Source: a virus | Length of the DNA stretch: 64,000 nt | Direction: 5' to 3' (one strand) | IMG/VR virus record: IMGVR_UViG_3300025030_000004 | Span: 64,001-128,000 of that record | In this document: in pieces, positions 1 to 8,974 of the stretch | How the letters are laid out: each line of letters starts with the position of its first letter | How positions within the stretch are numbered: the stretch's first letter is position 1 | Notes under the pieces: model-generated | What the model was told of the DNA's origin: nothing | Seen by the model: the letters and a program-made list of their open reading frames with translations, nothing else | The model's database searches: none | Program-made: the position numbers and the translations under genes

Positions 1-1
1 T

Positions 2-1555
2 GTTATATTAAATACCCAAATTATTATATTATCAGAGTGTGTAGACAAACTAAGAGAAATCAACCATGCTAAAAGCCTATCTCAGAGCTTTGAAGTAATT
101 AATGAAGAAGATGGAGGAAATTCTCTCAGAGCGAAATACTATAGCAAGAAATTTAATCCAAATGATTATTCAATTAATGGTGCAGAAATTAATAAGATTT
201 CATCAGGAGAATGTCAAAACTTTATAGCATTAGCAGGAAGAAAGATTCTTGAGAGATATGATTTTATTGATAAAGTGAATACTCAAGAGACAAAAGTTCC
301 TGAAGATTTAAGAACGGGGATAATGTGTGTAGGGACAAACACATATAGAGGTATCCAACAAGAAGCTTTTCTTAGTACGGACAGGGAATATCAACAGTTA
401 GTTTTAGTCTTAATTGGCCCTACTAGAGCAGGCAAGAGTATATTGATTTCCAACCTTGCCAGAAATTCTATGGAGAATAATGAGTGTTGTATAATTTTTG
501 ACTTCATAGAAAATTGTGAGTTATCAATGGAGATTGCTAGTGTATTGCCTAAAGACAAAGTTAAGGTTATTGAATGTGGGGATATAAGCAAATTGCAAGG
601 GCTTGGTTACAATGAAGTTGGTATTAGTAAAGACACTTTTATTCAATATGACAATGCTAAAAAACAAACTACTCAATTACTCACATTGATTAATTCTGTT
701 AATGCAGATGAAAAAACTCTAGCACCAAGGATGGAAAGATATCTTACAGCTTCATCATTAATCACATTTATTCAAGGTGGAAATATCAAGGACGTTTTTG
801 ATATTTTAGTCAACCATCAAATAAGAGCCAAATTCATGCAGAAAATTCCATCAAATCAGAAAGAAAATTTATCAGAGTACATTTCTGCACTTGATGAATT
901 AGATGAGGTAGACAAAAAGGAAGGATTTGTAATTGGGACTAAGCATTCATATATTAGTGGCATCTTAGATCGATTGCAAAAACTTAAAGCAAACACTTAC
1001 ATGGAATTAATGCTAAAAAAAGGAACGAAAGATAATATTAATTTGATTGACGAAATTCAGAAACCACAATTAATATGTCTAAGAATGCCCGAATCAATGT
1101 TTAATACAGATGCAGAAAGAGACGTTTATTGTACCTATTGGATGACGAAATTATGGTTAGCATTACAATTAAGAGCAGAAAAATTTAGAGACAAAGGAGA
1201 TAGAATTAAAGTTAACTTATTCATAGATGAACTTTATCAAGTAAATCATACTGAGGAATTCTTAACTGAGAAATTAAGTAGACTAGCAAAATTCAGACTG
1301 AAACCCATTATATCTTGCCATTATCTTAATCAAATAAAAGGAATTAGAGATGAATTAAGAAGTGCAAATGCAAGCTATATGCTTTTGTCTGGTTGTGATA
1401 AACAGAACTATAATGAATTAAAAGAAGAATTACAACCTTATGAAATGGAAGATTTATTAAAACTACCACGATACCATAGTTTGAATTTGATTAAATGTAA
1501 AGATGGATATGCAAAGTTTATTACGAAACTACCATCTCCTATAAAGGGAGTGTGA
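2..1555 (+). CDS. P-loop ATPase, VirB4/TraG/HerA-like (5' truncated by window edge)
   Basis: Frame is open from position 2 into ORF 275..1555; Walker A LIGPTRAGKS, IIFDF strand, Walker B LFIDELYQ. Confidence 0.7.
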   Translation, partial: VILNTQIIILSECVDKLREINHAKSLSQSFEVINEEDGGNSLRAKYYSKKFNPNDYSINGAEINKISSGECQNFIALAGRKILERYDFIDKVNTQETKVPEDLRTGIMCVGTNTYRGIQQEAFLSTDREYQQLVLVLIGPTRAGKSILISNLARNSMENNECCIIFDFIENCELSMEIASVLPKDKVKVIECGDISKLQGLGYNEVGISKDTFIQYDNAKKQTTQLLTLINSVNADEKTLAPRMERYLTASSLITFIQGGNIKDVFDILVNHQIRAKFMQKIPSNQKENLSEYISALDELDEVDKKEGFVIGTKHSYISGILDRLQKLKANTYMELMLKKGTKDNINLIDEIQKPQLICLRMPESMFNTDAERDVYCTYWMTKLWLALQLRAEKFRDKGDRIKVNLFIDELYQVNHTEEFLTEKLSRLAKFRLKPIISCHYLNQIKGIRDELRSANASYMLLSGCDKQNYNELKEELQPYEMEDLLKLPRYHSLNLIKCKDGYAKFITKLPSPIKGV

Positions 1556-2088
1556 TTATGGATTCTTTTATTAAGGATAATAAGTTTTTGATTGTTGCGT
1601 TGGTGTTATTGGTTTATCTGACAAGTAAGAAGTATATCAGTAATTCACATGACACTTGGATTATGCCTGTAGAAGGAGTTATTACACAGGAATTTAATGT
1701 AGATGGCATAGGTCATGAACATCATGGGATTGATATTGGGTGTGAAACGACAAACATCCATGCTTCCCAAAAAGGAACTGTTTCATTTTCAGGATGGAAT
1801 GATATTTATGGTAATTGCATTATGATTTCACATGAAGAAGGAATAGCTTCACTGTATGGTCACAATAGTGAGAATTTGGTTAAAGTTGGAGATAAGATTA
1901 AGCAGGGAAGCGTGATTGCTGTAAGTGGGAATACGGGTAGAAGTTTTGGAATTCACTGTCATATGGAAATTAGAGTGAATAATATTTGTGTTAATCCTAT
2001 GGATTATTTGACAGGGGAGGTTGAGGATACGATAGGTATAAAAGAACCAGATTTTGATGCTAATTCCTATTTGCCACAAAATATCTGA
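1552..2088 (+). CDS. M23 family metallopeptidase with N-terminal membrane anchor
   Basis: HHGIDIG, YGH and HCHMEI motifs; hydrophobic N-terminus. Confidence 0.9.
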   Translation: MIMDSFIKDNKFLIVALVLLVYLTSKKYISNSHDTWIMPVEGVITQEFNVDGIGHEHHGIDIGCETTNIHASQKGTVSFSGWNDIYGNCIMISHEEGIASLYGHNSENLVKVGDKIKQGSVIAVSGNTGRSFGIHCHMEIRVNNICVNPMDYLTGEVEDTIGIKEPDFDANSYLPQNI

Positions 2089-2177
2089 TTATTTTCGTGA
2101 TTTATTTAAAATAAATGTATGTAATATTTGGAATTAGGTTAAAATCATGTTAATATATTAAGAAAGGATGATTTCCT

Positions 2178-3563
2178 TTGAAAATGAGACTGGTAAGAAA
2201 CAGAGAAGACATGAAGGAGGATAATGATATGGGAGTACAAAAGGAATTGAATGAACAGAAAGAACTTACTGAGGAAGAAATGGCAATACTTAAAATGAGA
2301 AACTTAGAATTTACTTCATTGAGTAATATCACAGCAAAAAAGAACAATGAAACCAATCAAACAGATGAAGAATTTAATGAGAAACAAAAGTTAAAAGAAT
2401 CAAATAGATTAAAAAAGGAAGTAAAGAAAAGATTAGAGGCATTAAACAACGCTGAAGAATGGAAATTTGAGAATGTAATAGAAGTGTTCCGCAACAATGA
2501 ATTAGTAAAATACCAAACCGTCGCCAATATTGAAGTCTTGGCTACCCTTTTTGACAGAGGTGTTTTGGAATATAATGGAAATTTACAAAGAGGATATAGA
2601 AAAAACAGTAAGAATGAGTTAATAGCCGTAAGGTCTCAAAAACAAATAAATTTGATCTATGAAAGTATTTGTAAAAATAAAATGCATGGTGGTTTTATTA
2701 CTGTAAATTGGAACCCAGAAAAAGGCGATATTAATTATGATGAGAATGAACAAACGATTTCAGGTTCAATTGATCAGAAATTAGATATCCTTGACGGGCA
2801 ACATAGATTAGCTGCATTTTCGAAAATTTTAAAGGCTTATCGACGTGACCCAAACTCAGTTCCTAATCCATCTGATTATCAAATTGGACTTGTGATTGAA
2901 CTACTAGATGATGATTCTGCAAAATCGCTTTTTAGCGAATATTGTCTAAAAGGTTTAAAAATTAATAAATCAAGAGGAGAATTTTTAAACGTAGAAGATA
3001 ATACAAACAAGCTATGCAGAGAAATCATGAAAAAGTCTGATCTTAAAGTAGAGGTCATTTCAACCTCTATTAAAGCCAATTCTGAAAATATAATTACCTT
3101 TGGTGTCCTTTCTAAGAATATAAAGGACAATTTCGCTCCTCAGACCAAACTTGAAATTGAAGAACTCAGTAATTATTTAACAATGTTTGTTGATTCTTTA
3201 ATTCAGACTTTTCCTAAATTCATGGCAAGTAAAAACCTTGAAGAAAGAGCAGATTTGAGGACTCATAACCTTGCAATGGAAGCCCTTAGTTGGAATGGTT
3301 ATTTTAAATTAAGTACCAAATTGCAAGGTAAGAGTCAAGATAAAATATTAAGTATTCTTAATAAATTCAATGATAAAGTAGAATATAATGGTTGGAGTGG
3401 AAATTTCTTAGATAAGGAGAATCCAATCTTTAGAAAAATTATGAGGGAAGGATTTAAAATTATCAATACTTCATCTTCAGCAACTTGGATCAATAAGGTT
3501 TTTGTTGAGTACGTGTTGGAAGGTAAGAGTTTGAATGAAATTGGCAGAGAAGAAGTAAAATAA
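2178..3563 (+). CDS. DGQHR-domain (DndB/ParB-like fold) protein
   Basis: ILDGQHRL motif and upstream LQRG; RBS aaagga before TTG. Confidence 0.75.
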   Translation: MKMRLVRNREDMKEDNDMGVQKELNEQKELTEEEMAILKMRNLEFTSLSNITAKKNNETNQTDEEFNEKQKLKESNRLKKEVKKRLEALNNAEEWKFENVIEVFRNNELVKYQTVANIEVLATLFDRGVLEYNGNLQRGYRKNSKNELIAVRSQKQINLIYESICKNKMHGGFITVNWNPEKGDINYDENEQTISGSIDQKLDILDGQHRLAAFSKILKAYRRDPNSVPNPSDYQIGLVIELLDDDSAKSLFSEYCLKGLKINKSRGEFLNVEDNTNKLCREIMKKSDLKVEVISTSIKANSENIITFGVLSKNIKDNFAPQTKLEIEELSNYLTMFVDSLIQTFPKFMASKNLEERADLRTHNLAMEALSWNGYFKLSTKLQGKSQDKILSILNKFNDKVEYNGWSGNFLDKENPIFRKIMREGFKIINTSSSATWINKVFVEYVLEGKSLNEIGREEVK

Positions 3564-3576
3564 AATGGTAAAAAAA

Positions 3577-3610
3577 TAGGCATATCTACAATTAAGTAGA
3601 TATGCCTATA
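3577..3610. terminator. Bidirectional intrinsic terminator between convergent genes
   Basis: ataggcatatctac-aattaa-gtagatatgcctat perfect stem flanked by A/T runs. Confidence 0.85.
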
Positions 3611-3625
3611 ATATTATTTATAACT

Positions 3626-5128
3626 TTATAAATATATCCAAACTAATTTTGTTCCATTTTGTAATGCACCTGCTGATTTTTGCTTGTTTGTACAACATGA
3701 ATATATATTACCTACTTTGATGCTATATTTAACTCCAGCTTCTATTGCAGAGTCAAACACTTCTTCTGTAGTTATACATTTAACTTTTTTTGATCTTTCC
3801 TGATTTCTTTTAATAAACCCTACTAATCTTTTTTCTTTTTCTAATTGTGGATCATATTCGCACCAACCTAATTCAGTTCCTTGTTTTAAATATTTTCTAA
3901 TAGATTTTCTTCCTAATTTTAATATTTTTGCAATGTTTGTAACATTTTTTGTACCCTTATTCCATTCATCACATGCTAACTTAACCATGCTTTTAATTCC
4001 TGCTTCATAGCACTTCAACCAATTTATATCTTCTTCCTTAAAATTTAATAGTATAGGTAATTCACTGCTCATTATGTTATTTTTTATCCATTCCATTGTA
4101 GAATATCTACAATCAATAATAATATAATGATCTATTTTATGTTCTTTAGCTAACTGTTCTTTTTTTCTATCATTTTCTTGTGTTTCTGTTAATCTGCTCC
4201 ATTTTCTACTATTTTCTTCATAATGTTGAATTCCATGACATTCACAAATTCCATTTATATCATCTAGATAAAAATCATATCTATAATCTTTACACCATTT
4301 AAAAGTCTTTTTTGTTAATTCTGTTTGAAATATTTTATTTAATTGTTCAAATAAATTATATGTAAATTTCTGGGAGAAACTTATACCATCACTGCAACGA
4401 GAGCATCCGAACCCTTGATGGAGAAAATGAGAAATGCTTATTGGTTTTTCAAATTTACAATTAGGACATTTCATTAAAATTTTTTTATTTGAACCTGCTG
4501 ACACAGACAACGCATCTTCTTTGTTTACTAAAAATTTTACTAAATGAGGATGAGTCATTGAAATTGTATTACATTGATTGCAAGTAATACTTCCTTTATT
4601 GCCATGTGTAAAACTATTGATATTCTTTTGTTCAGATTTATGTTTAGGGTGATCTAAACATTTGAACCAATATCCTTTTTGATTTAAAGTATTAGAACTA
4701 TAACTTACATCTTGAGGTCTAATTACATTACCATATTCATCAACATTTAACTCATAATCCCATCTGGATATTATATAATCTGCTACTTCTTTTGATAAGT
4801 TTTCGTAGCACCAATCATAGAAAGATATACTGTTTTTTAATCTCGTTTTTATCATTTTTATTGTACCAAATAATTTTATAGCACATTTAAGACAATAATA
4901 TTTTCCATCATTATGTATAGACCTTTTATAATCTTTCCACCTAACATTTTTTATCTCTTCTCCACACAAATCACATTTAATATTAATCAATGACACAGAT
5001 CCTTTAGATAAATCTTCTACTTTTACTTCAAAATTATCTCCTAATTTTGTATAAATGTATTCTTTTTCTTCATACCATGCTTTGTTTCTTCCATTCCACT
5101 TAACAATTGCAGTTTTACTAATCAACAT
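3626..5128 (-). CDS. Free-standing homing-endonuclease-like protein (Zn-ribbons, PD-(D/E)XK-type nuclease, C-terminal NUMOD1-like HTH)
   Basis: Multiple CxxC; YRYDFY..ECHGIQHY..END..K nuclease motif; KKVKCITTEEVFDSAIEA. Confidence 0.7.
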   Translation of the reverse strand: MLISKTAIVKWNGRNKAWYEEKEYIYTKLGDNFEVKVEDLSKGSVSLINIKCDLCGEEIKNVRWKDYKRSIHNDGKYYCLKCAIKLFGTIKMIKTRLKNSISFYDWCYENLSKEVADYIISRWDYELNVDEYGNVIRPQDVSYSSNTLNQKGYWFKCLDHPKHKSEQKNINSFTHGNKGSITCNQCNTISMTHPHLVKFLVNKEDALSVSAGSNKKILMKCPNCKFEKPISISHFLHQGFGCSRCSDGISFSQKFTYNLFEQLNKIFQTELTKKTFKWCKDYRYDFYLDDINGICECHGIQHYEENSRKWSRLTETQENDRKKEQLAKEHKIDHYIIIDCRYSTMEWIKNNIMSSELPILLNFKEEDINWLKCYEAGIKSMVKLACDEWNKGTKNVTNIAKILKLGRKSIRKYLKQGTELGWCEYDPQLEKEKRLVGFIKRNQERSKKVKCITTEEVFDSAIEAGVKYSIKVGNIYSCCTNKQKSAGALQNGTKLVWIYL

Positions 5129-5159
5129 AAATCTATCCCCTTCCTTAATAGGTCATAAA

Positions 5160-5233
5160 AATAGGGAAAGACACTCAAACTCTAAGGAAAGTCCAAGTGT
5201 CTTAATTACACTCAATCAGGTATCGATCCCTAA
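5160..5233 (-). ncRNA. Leader element L1 (palindromic-loop / anti-RBS family)
   Basis: Sense: closing stem tagggat/ttcccta plus U-run; TAATTA-loop hairpin; loop ttcctta complementary to taaggaa beside the RBS (plus 5141-5147). Confidence 0.6.
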
Positions 5234-5323
5234 AAGAGCAACCATAAAATTGTAAAAACAAAACAAAACAAAAAAAACACCTATCTCTAGATGCTTCAAA
5301 TGTGTCCGTAACGGACATAATTA

Positions 5324-7183
5324 TTAATTATCTTTTCTAACAATAATCTTAGGATAACTTCTAGCAGGACAATCAATATTATATTTCTCTTTAATGTCTT
5401 TATTAGCAGTTATCTTAACCAAACCATAACTATCCAATATTTCTTGAATACTACGTTTCCATTGAGTTTCAGAAGTATTATTAACCTTTAAATCCTTCTC
5501 TAAGACATATCCTTGTGCTTCTATGCCACTCATTATGTATGTAGCTAATATATTGCTATTATCATCAGATTTCTCAGTAGTACCTTGCTCATTTTCATAA
5601 ACATATTGAGGGAATACTCTATTAGTAAACTCCATTCCGAATGTCCTTAATAAATATTCCCTAGATAATCCCTTTAAAGATATATTATGTTCCTTTAATA
5701 CAATAGCAATTTTATTACTTTCTTCCAATGAATTAACACCATATGAGTCAATACTATAGAAGTTAGTCAATTTTTTATGCTTGTATTTAGCAGCAATATG
5801 TTTTGCTTTCTTGAGTGTATCTTCTGGTAATTTTTCATGAGGTATTTTATTCAATAAACTTAACAAAGTAAATAAAGTAACACTCTGAGATACTTTGGTT
5901 TTATCCTTTGAGTCAAATACATCCATTAAATTATTTAAAGATATAAAGAATAAAGGGTTTCCATCCACACTAAAATCTTCTTTTTTAACATTCATTTTTG
6001 CAAGATTGTTCAATGCAATAAGATTGGATTTTCTAGTTCTAATTAAAGAATATAATTGTGGATATATTTCCTTAAATTCAGCCGATAATAATAATTCAAT
6101 ATTCGTATCAAGTATTTCTATTTGTTCCTTTTGCCATTTAGTTTGTTGGAGTTCGATATTATACACTTTCTTAATAAACTCAATAGCTTTAATTCTTTTA
6201 CATTTAGCAAGTTTCTCTACTAATGATATTATTGTATATTTAGCTCCACACCCAAAACATTTATATATTTGTGTACCACTATTAGTTTCATAGATATGGG
6301 CAGAAGGAGTATCGTCTTGATGGTCTGGTAATATGCAATTTACTGTTCCATAAATATTTGTAAAATCACATAAATCAATTTTATTCATAAAATCATATAC
6401 TTCTTGTTTATTTATGCATATTATTTCCTCATCATTATCAATATTTAAAAGTGATTTCATCAAAACTATATCAAGAGATTTTATAGCTTCAATATTAGAA
6501 AAATACCCTGTAACCGTTGGGAGAGTAGCAACGTGAGCTTTCTCCATACTGATAGAAGAAGAGTTTAGTGTATTAGTATTGAGAAAGCTCAGAGTGTCCT
6601 TAGAAGTACCATTAACCTTAACTTTAATAAGAGAAGAAATTAGAGTATTTAAAACATCTTCAAATCTTACCATAATATCACCAACATTAATTCTATTTTC
6701 ATAATCACATTCAATTAAACCCTTACCTCCAAAGAATAGTCTTGTAGGATCAAATGTCACGCTGTCACTATTAGGAAATAATTCAATTAATAACTTTTGA
6801 AAATTATTTCTTATTTCAACATCAATGATTATTTCTTCGCTACAAAATACTAATCTAAATTTCTCCTTATATTCTGTATAAGAGAAAGTCTTATACCCAA
6901 ACACAGGTTTAATACCTAATTCTTTACATCTTTTTAATTCATTATTTATAGTTGTTCCTTCGTCAAAATCTAATGCAAATATCTGTTGACTTACCCAATC
7001 TTTACTTTTTGTTCCATTAAGTAATGCAGGTTTAAATGTTGCTCCATTACACAATAAATTTGCCAATTCTTCAATTTTAATTTCTGTTTGAGACATTCTT
7101 TTCTGAATTCCACCTGATTCTGCTCCACTTGGTTTCTTTGTAAATGTCTTTTTGTCTAACATACATTTAATCATTTTTACCAT
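5324..7183 (-). CDS. Primase-like replication initiator (AEP-like N-terminus plus CHC2 zinc finger)
   Basis: WVSQQIFALDFD, KFRLVF, DPTRLFFG; CILPDHQDDTPSAHIY..YKCFGC zinc finger. Confidence 0.65.
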   Translation of the reverse strand: MVKMIKCMLDKKTFTKKPSGAESGGIQKRMSQTEIKIEELANLLCNGATFKPALLNGTKSKDWVSQQIFALDFDEGTTINNELKRCKELGIKPVFGYKTFSYTEYKEKFRLVFCSEEIIIDVEIRNNFQKLLIELFPNSDSVTFDPTRLFFGGKGLIECDYENRINVGDIMVRFEDVLNTLISSLIKVKVNGTSKDTLSFLNTNTLNSSSISMEKAHVATLPTVTGYFSNIEAIKSLDIVLMKSLLNIDNDEEIICINKQEVYDFMNKIDLCDFTNIYGTVNCILPDHQDDTPSAHIYETNSGTQIYKCFGCGAKYTIISLVEKLAKCKRIKAIEFIKKVYNIELQQTKWQKEQIEILDTNIELLLSAEFKEIYPQLYSLIRTRKSNLIALNNLAKMNVKKEDFSVDGNPLFFISLNNLMDVFDSKDKTKVSQSVTLFTLLSLLNKIPHEKLPEDTLKKAKHIAAKYKHKKLTNFYSIDSYGVNSLEESNKIAIVLKEHNISLKGLSREYLLRTFGMEFTNRVFPQYVYENEQGTTEKSDDNSNILATYIMSGIEAQGYVLEKDLKVNNTSETQWKRSIQEILDSYGLVKITANKDIKEKYNIDCPARSYPKIIVRKDN

Positions 7184-7215
7184 CTCTCTTTCTTTGTTAC
7201 TCTCTAAAAAGGTAA

Positions 7216-7277
7216 ACTAGCAAGATAGGGGAGAGTACCCTTTGATGATGATTCATGAGGTCATCACTCTTGCTAGT
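7216..7277 (-). ncRNA. Leader element L2 upstream of Rep
   Basis: Stem actagcaaga/tcttgctagt; TCATGA loop (7253-7258); sense loop tactctc complementary to gagagta (plus 7198-7204). Confidence 0.65.
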
Positions 7278-7304
7278 CATATTTGTGTAATATTTCAACA
7301 CAAA

Positions 7305-7333
7305 AAATCTCATTCTTAATAAAGAATGAGATT
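7305..7333 (-). terminator. Intrinsic terminator
   Basis: aatctcattctt-aata-aagaatgagatt stem, U-run on minus strand. Confidence 0.7.
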
Positions 7334-7352
7334 ACTTCTATTGAAATTTAAC

Positions 7353-7590
7353 TTATGCTATTTTATATACTCCTTTAAAATTAACTAATTTATTAATGAC
7401 AGATGTTGATACTTTATACTCCTCTGCCAATTCTTTTTGCATATATTTTCCCGTGCTGAACCTCCGCACGAGCTAAAGCTCGGCAGGTTCTTATGTACTA
7501 GTATATTTTCCCTAATTTCTAATACTTGTTCAGAATTGAATTTTATTTTTGCATCAGATAACTTTTTCCGATATTCTGCTTCAATTCCTA
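7353..7590 (-). pseudogene. Remnant C-terminal HTH of a GIY-YIG-type endonuclease, interrupted by a mini IS end
   Basis: EYRKKLSDAKIKFNSEQVLEIRE / STGKYMQKELAEEYKVS..VNFKGVYK parallels the C-terminus of 31134..31739 (KKFDTNQIAEIRNKYNTG..VVNFKGTYK); frame broken by the insert. Confidence 0.7.
7457..7492 (-). mobile_element. Solo IS200/IS605(tnpB)-type end hairpin
   Basis: aagaacctgccgagCTTTAGctcgtgcggaggTTCA. Confidence 0.6.
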
Positions 7591-7652
7591 TTGAAATATT
7601 ATTTATTATTTACATATCATGAAAGCAAAGTTTCACTCTAAAAGGTTTGTGA

Positions 7653-7979
7653 TTACTTCTTTAATGCATCGTTCTGTACTCCGACCAATTCTTCAACTAT
7701 TTTAACTGCATTTTCGATAATTTCCTGAGTAGGCACAATCCCAGTATCTTTTTTATATTTAGCTACAAAAGTTGTTATGAAATAGCTTAACTTTTCATTG
7801 CCTTGAATTCCCCAAGTCTTATAGTTATCTTCAATATAACTAAATAAATCAACCGATATATCAATATATTTTTTAGAGATTAGATTTTTATTAACCAATA
7901 CTCCGATTAAAATTACTAAAACTATTGCATATAATGTTAATGCAGGGGTGGAGAGGAGAACACTTACTAATAATTCCAT
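7653..7979 (-). CDS. Holin-like protein (LL-H-like)
   Basis: N-terminal TM segment, GIQGNEKL motif, lysis-cassette position. Confidence 0.55.
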   Translation of the reverse strand: MELLVSVLLSTPALTLYAIVLVILIGVLVNKNLISKKYIDISVDLFSYIEDNYKTWGIQGNEKLSYFITTFVAKYKKDTGIVPTQEIIENAVKIVEELVGVQNDALKK

Positions 7980-8012
7980 TTAATTTTCCTTCTTTCATCA
8001 AAATACGTAGCC

Positions 8013-8046
8013 GGATACCCCTAGCTTTAGCTATGGGGTTATTGAC
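8013..8046 (+). mobile_element. Solo IS200/IS605-type end hairpin
   Basis: ggatacccctagCTTTAGctatggggttaTTGAC. Confidence 0.6.
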
Positions 8047-8050
8047 TTTA

Positions 8051-8395
8051 CTAGTATCCTTTCGGTATTTCATTAGTTTGACTAAAATTAGTATCCAGCT
8101 CTGTATTTTGAACAGAATTATCTTCCGCGCTCATAATTTGCGTAAATATATTCTCATTTTCTTGAGTTTGACTTTGAGCATTATAAGAATCCTTTTTAAA
8201 GTAACTCAAACCTTTCCTGAGCACAAGTAAACTACCTACCGCATATGCCAATTCATTAATTAAGGCACTTTCTACAGATTTAAATACCCACATATATAAA
8301 ATTGTGAACACAATAACCAATAATAAAAACGAAAGCAATAACTTTTCCACATCTTTTATATCAAGCCCGTCTTGATCAGACCAAAATCCCTTCAT
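8051..8395 (-). CDS. Two-TM membrane protein (holin-like)
   Basis: Two hydrophobic helices; RBS ggagg; lysis cassette. Confidence 0.55.
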   Translation of the reverse strand: MKGFWSDQDGLDIKDVEKLLLSFLLLVIVFTILYMWVFKSVESALINELAYAVGSLLVLRKGLSYFKKDSYNAQSQTQENENIFTQIMSAEDNSVQNTELDTNFSQTNEIPKGY

Positions 8396-8414
8396 ATTAT
8401 TTACCTCCTCTCGC

Positions 8415-8825
8415 TTAAAAAATAGGAATAGTAACGGTTACACCTTTCATTGCAAAATATCCTAGAATTAATACCCCAATAATTGAACCGCTAATTTTTA
8501 ATATATTAATAATAATATCCTTTTTATTTGTCGATTTGGTTTTAGTAAGCTCAGTTGAATTATTAGAGGTATTGATTACAATTTGTGACATTGTTTGCAT
8601 CATTGAATTAGCTGTTTGCAAATAATTGTTTTCAAAACGTACCAATGTGCCTTTTACATCTTTCATTGAATCTTCCAGATTATTAAGTTTTTCTTCAAAA
8701 CTTGCACTTTTAATTTGCAAATCTATAATTTTTTTATCGTGATCATCAATTTTCTTACCATGATCATCAAGAATTATTTTTACTTCATCTTCAATTCCCA
8801 CTTCTTCCAACACCTCATCTTTCAA
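8415..8825 (-). CDS. XhlA/BhlA-like coiled-coil membrane lysis protein
   Basis: Coiled coil plus C-terminal TM; RBS agggagg favours TTG at 8825 over the 8903 start. Confidence 0.55.
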   Translation of the reverse strand: MKDEVLEEVGIEDEVKIILDDHGKKIDDHDKKIIDLQIKSASFEEKLNNLEDSMKDVKGTLVRFENNYLQTANSMMQTMSQIVINTSNNSTELTKTKSTNKKDIIINILKISGSIIGVLILGYFAMKGVTVTIPIF

Positions 8826-8852
8826 AGATAGCTGCCCTCCCTTTAAAATAAT

Positions 8853-8881
8853 TTGCAAATAATCTGAATCTATGGTATAAT
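8853..8881 (+). promoter_or_regulatory. Antisense sigmaA promoter in the lysis cassette
   Basis: TTGCAA-17 nt-TATAAT with TG extension. Confidence 0.65.
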
Positions 8882-8887
8882 TAATTG

Positions 8888-8960
8888 CCAATACTATAGA
8901 CATGTTCTATAGCCAAAGGCAACAAGGGAAGCAGGGCAATGCAACCCTTGTTATTTTTGA
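8888..8960 (+). ncRNA. Candidate antisense small RNA
   Basis: Follows the promoter; hairpin ctatag-acatgtt-ctatag, then aacaaggg...cccttgtt plus T-run. Confidence 0.45.
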
Positions 8961-8974
8961 CTTTGAACTATCAA

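Noticed and set aside
6541-6660. Iteron-like imperfect repeats in the Rep linker
   Set aside because: Only two loose copies (agaagagtttagtgtatt / agaagaaattagagtatt); insufficient to call an origin.
8013-8046. HEARO/IscB omega-RNA (gtcaataacccc on minus strand)
   Set aside because: Only the terminal hairpin is present; there is no RNA body or iscB/tnpB gene.
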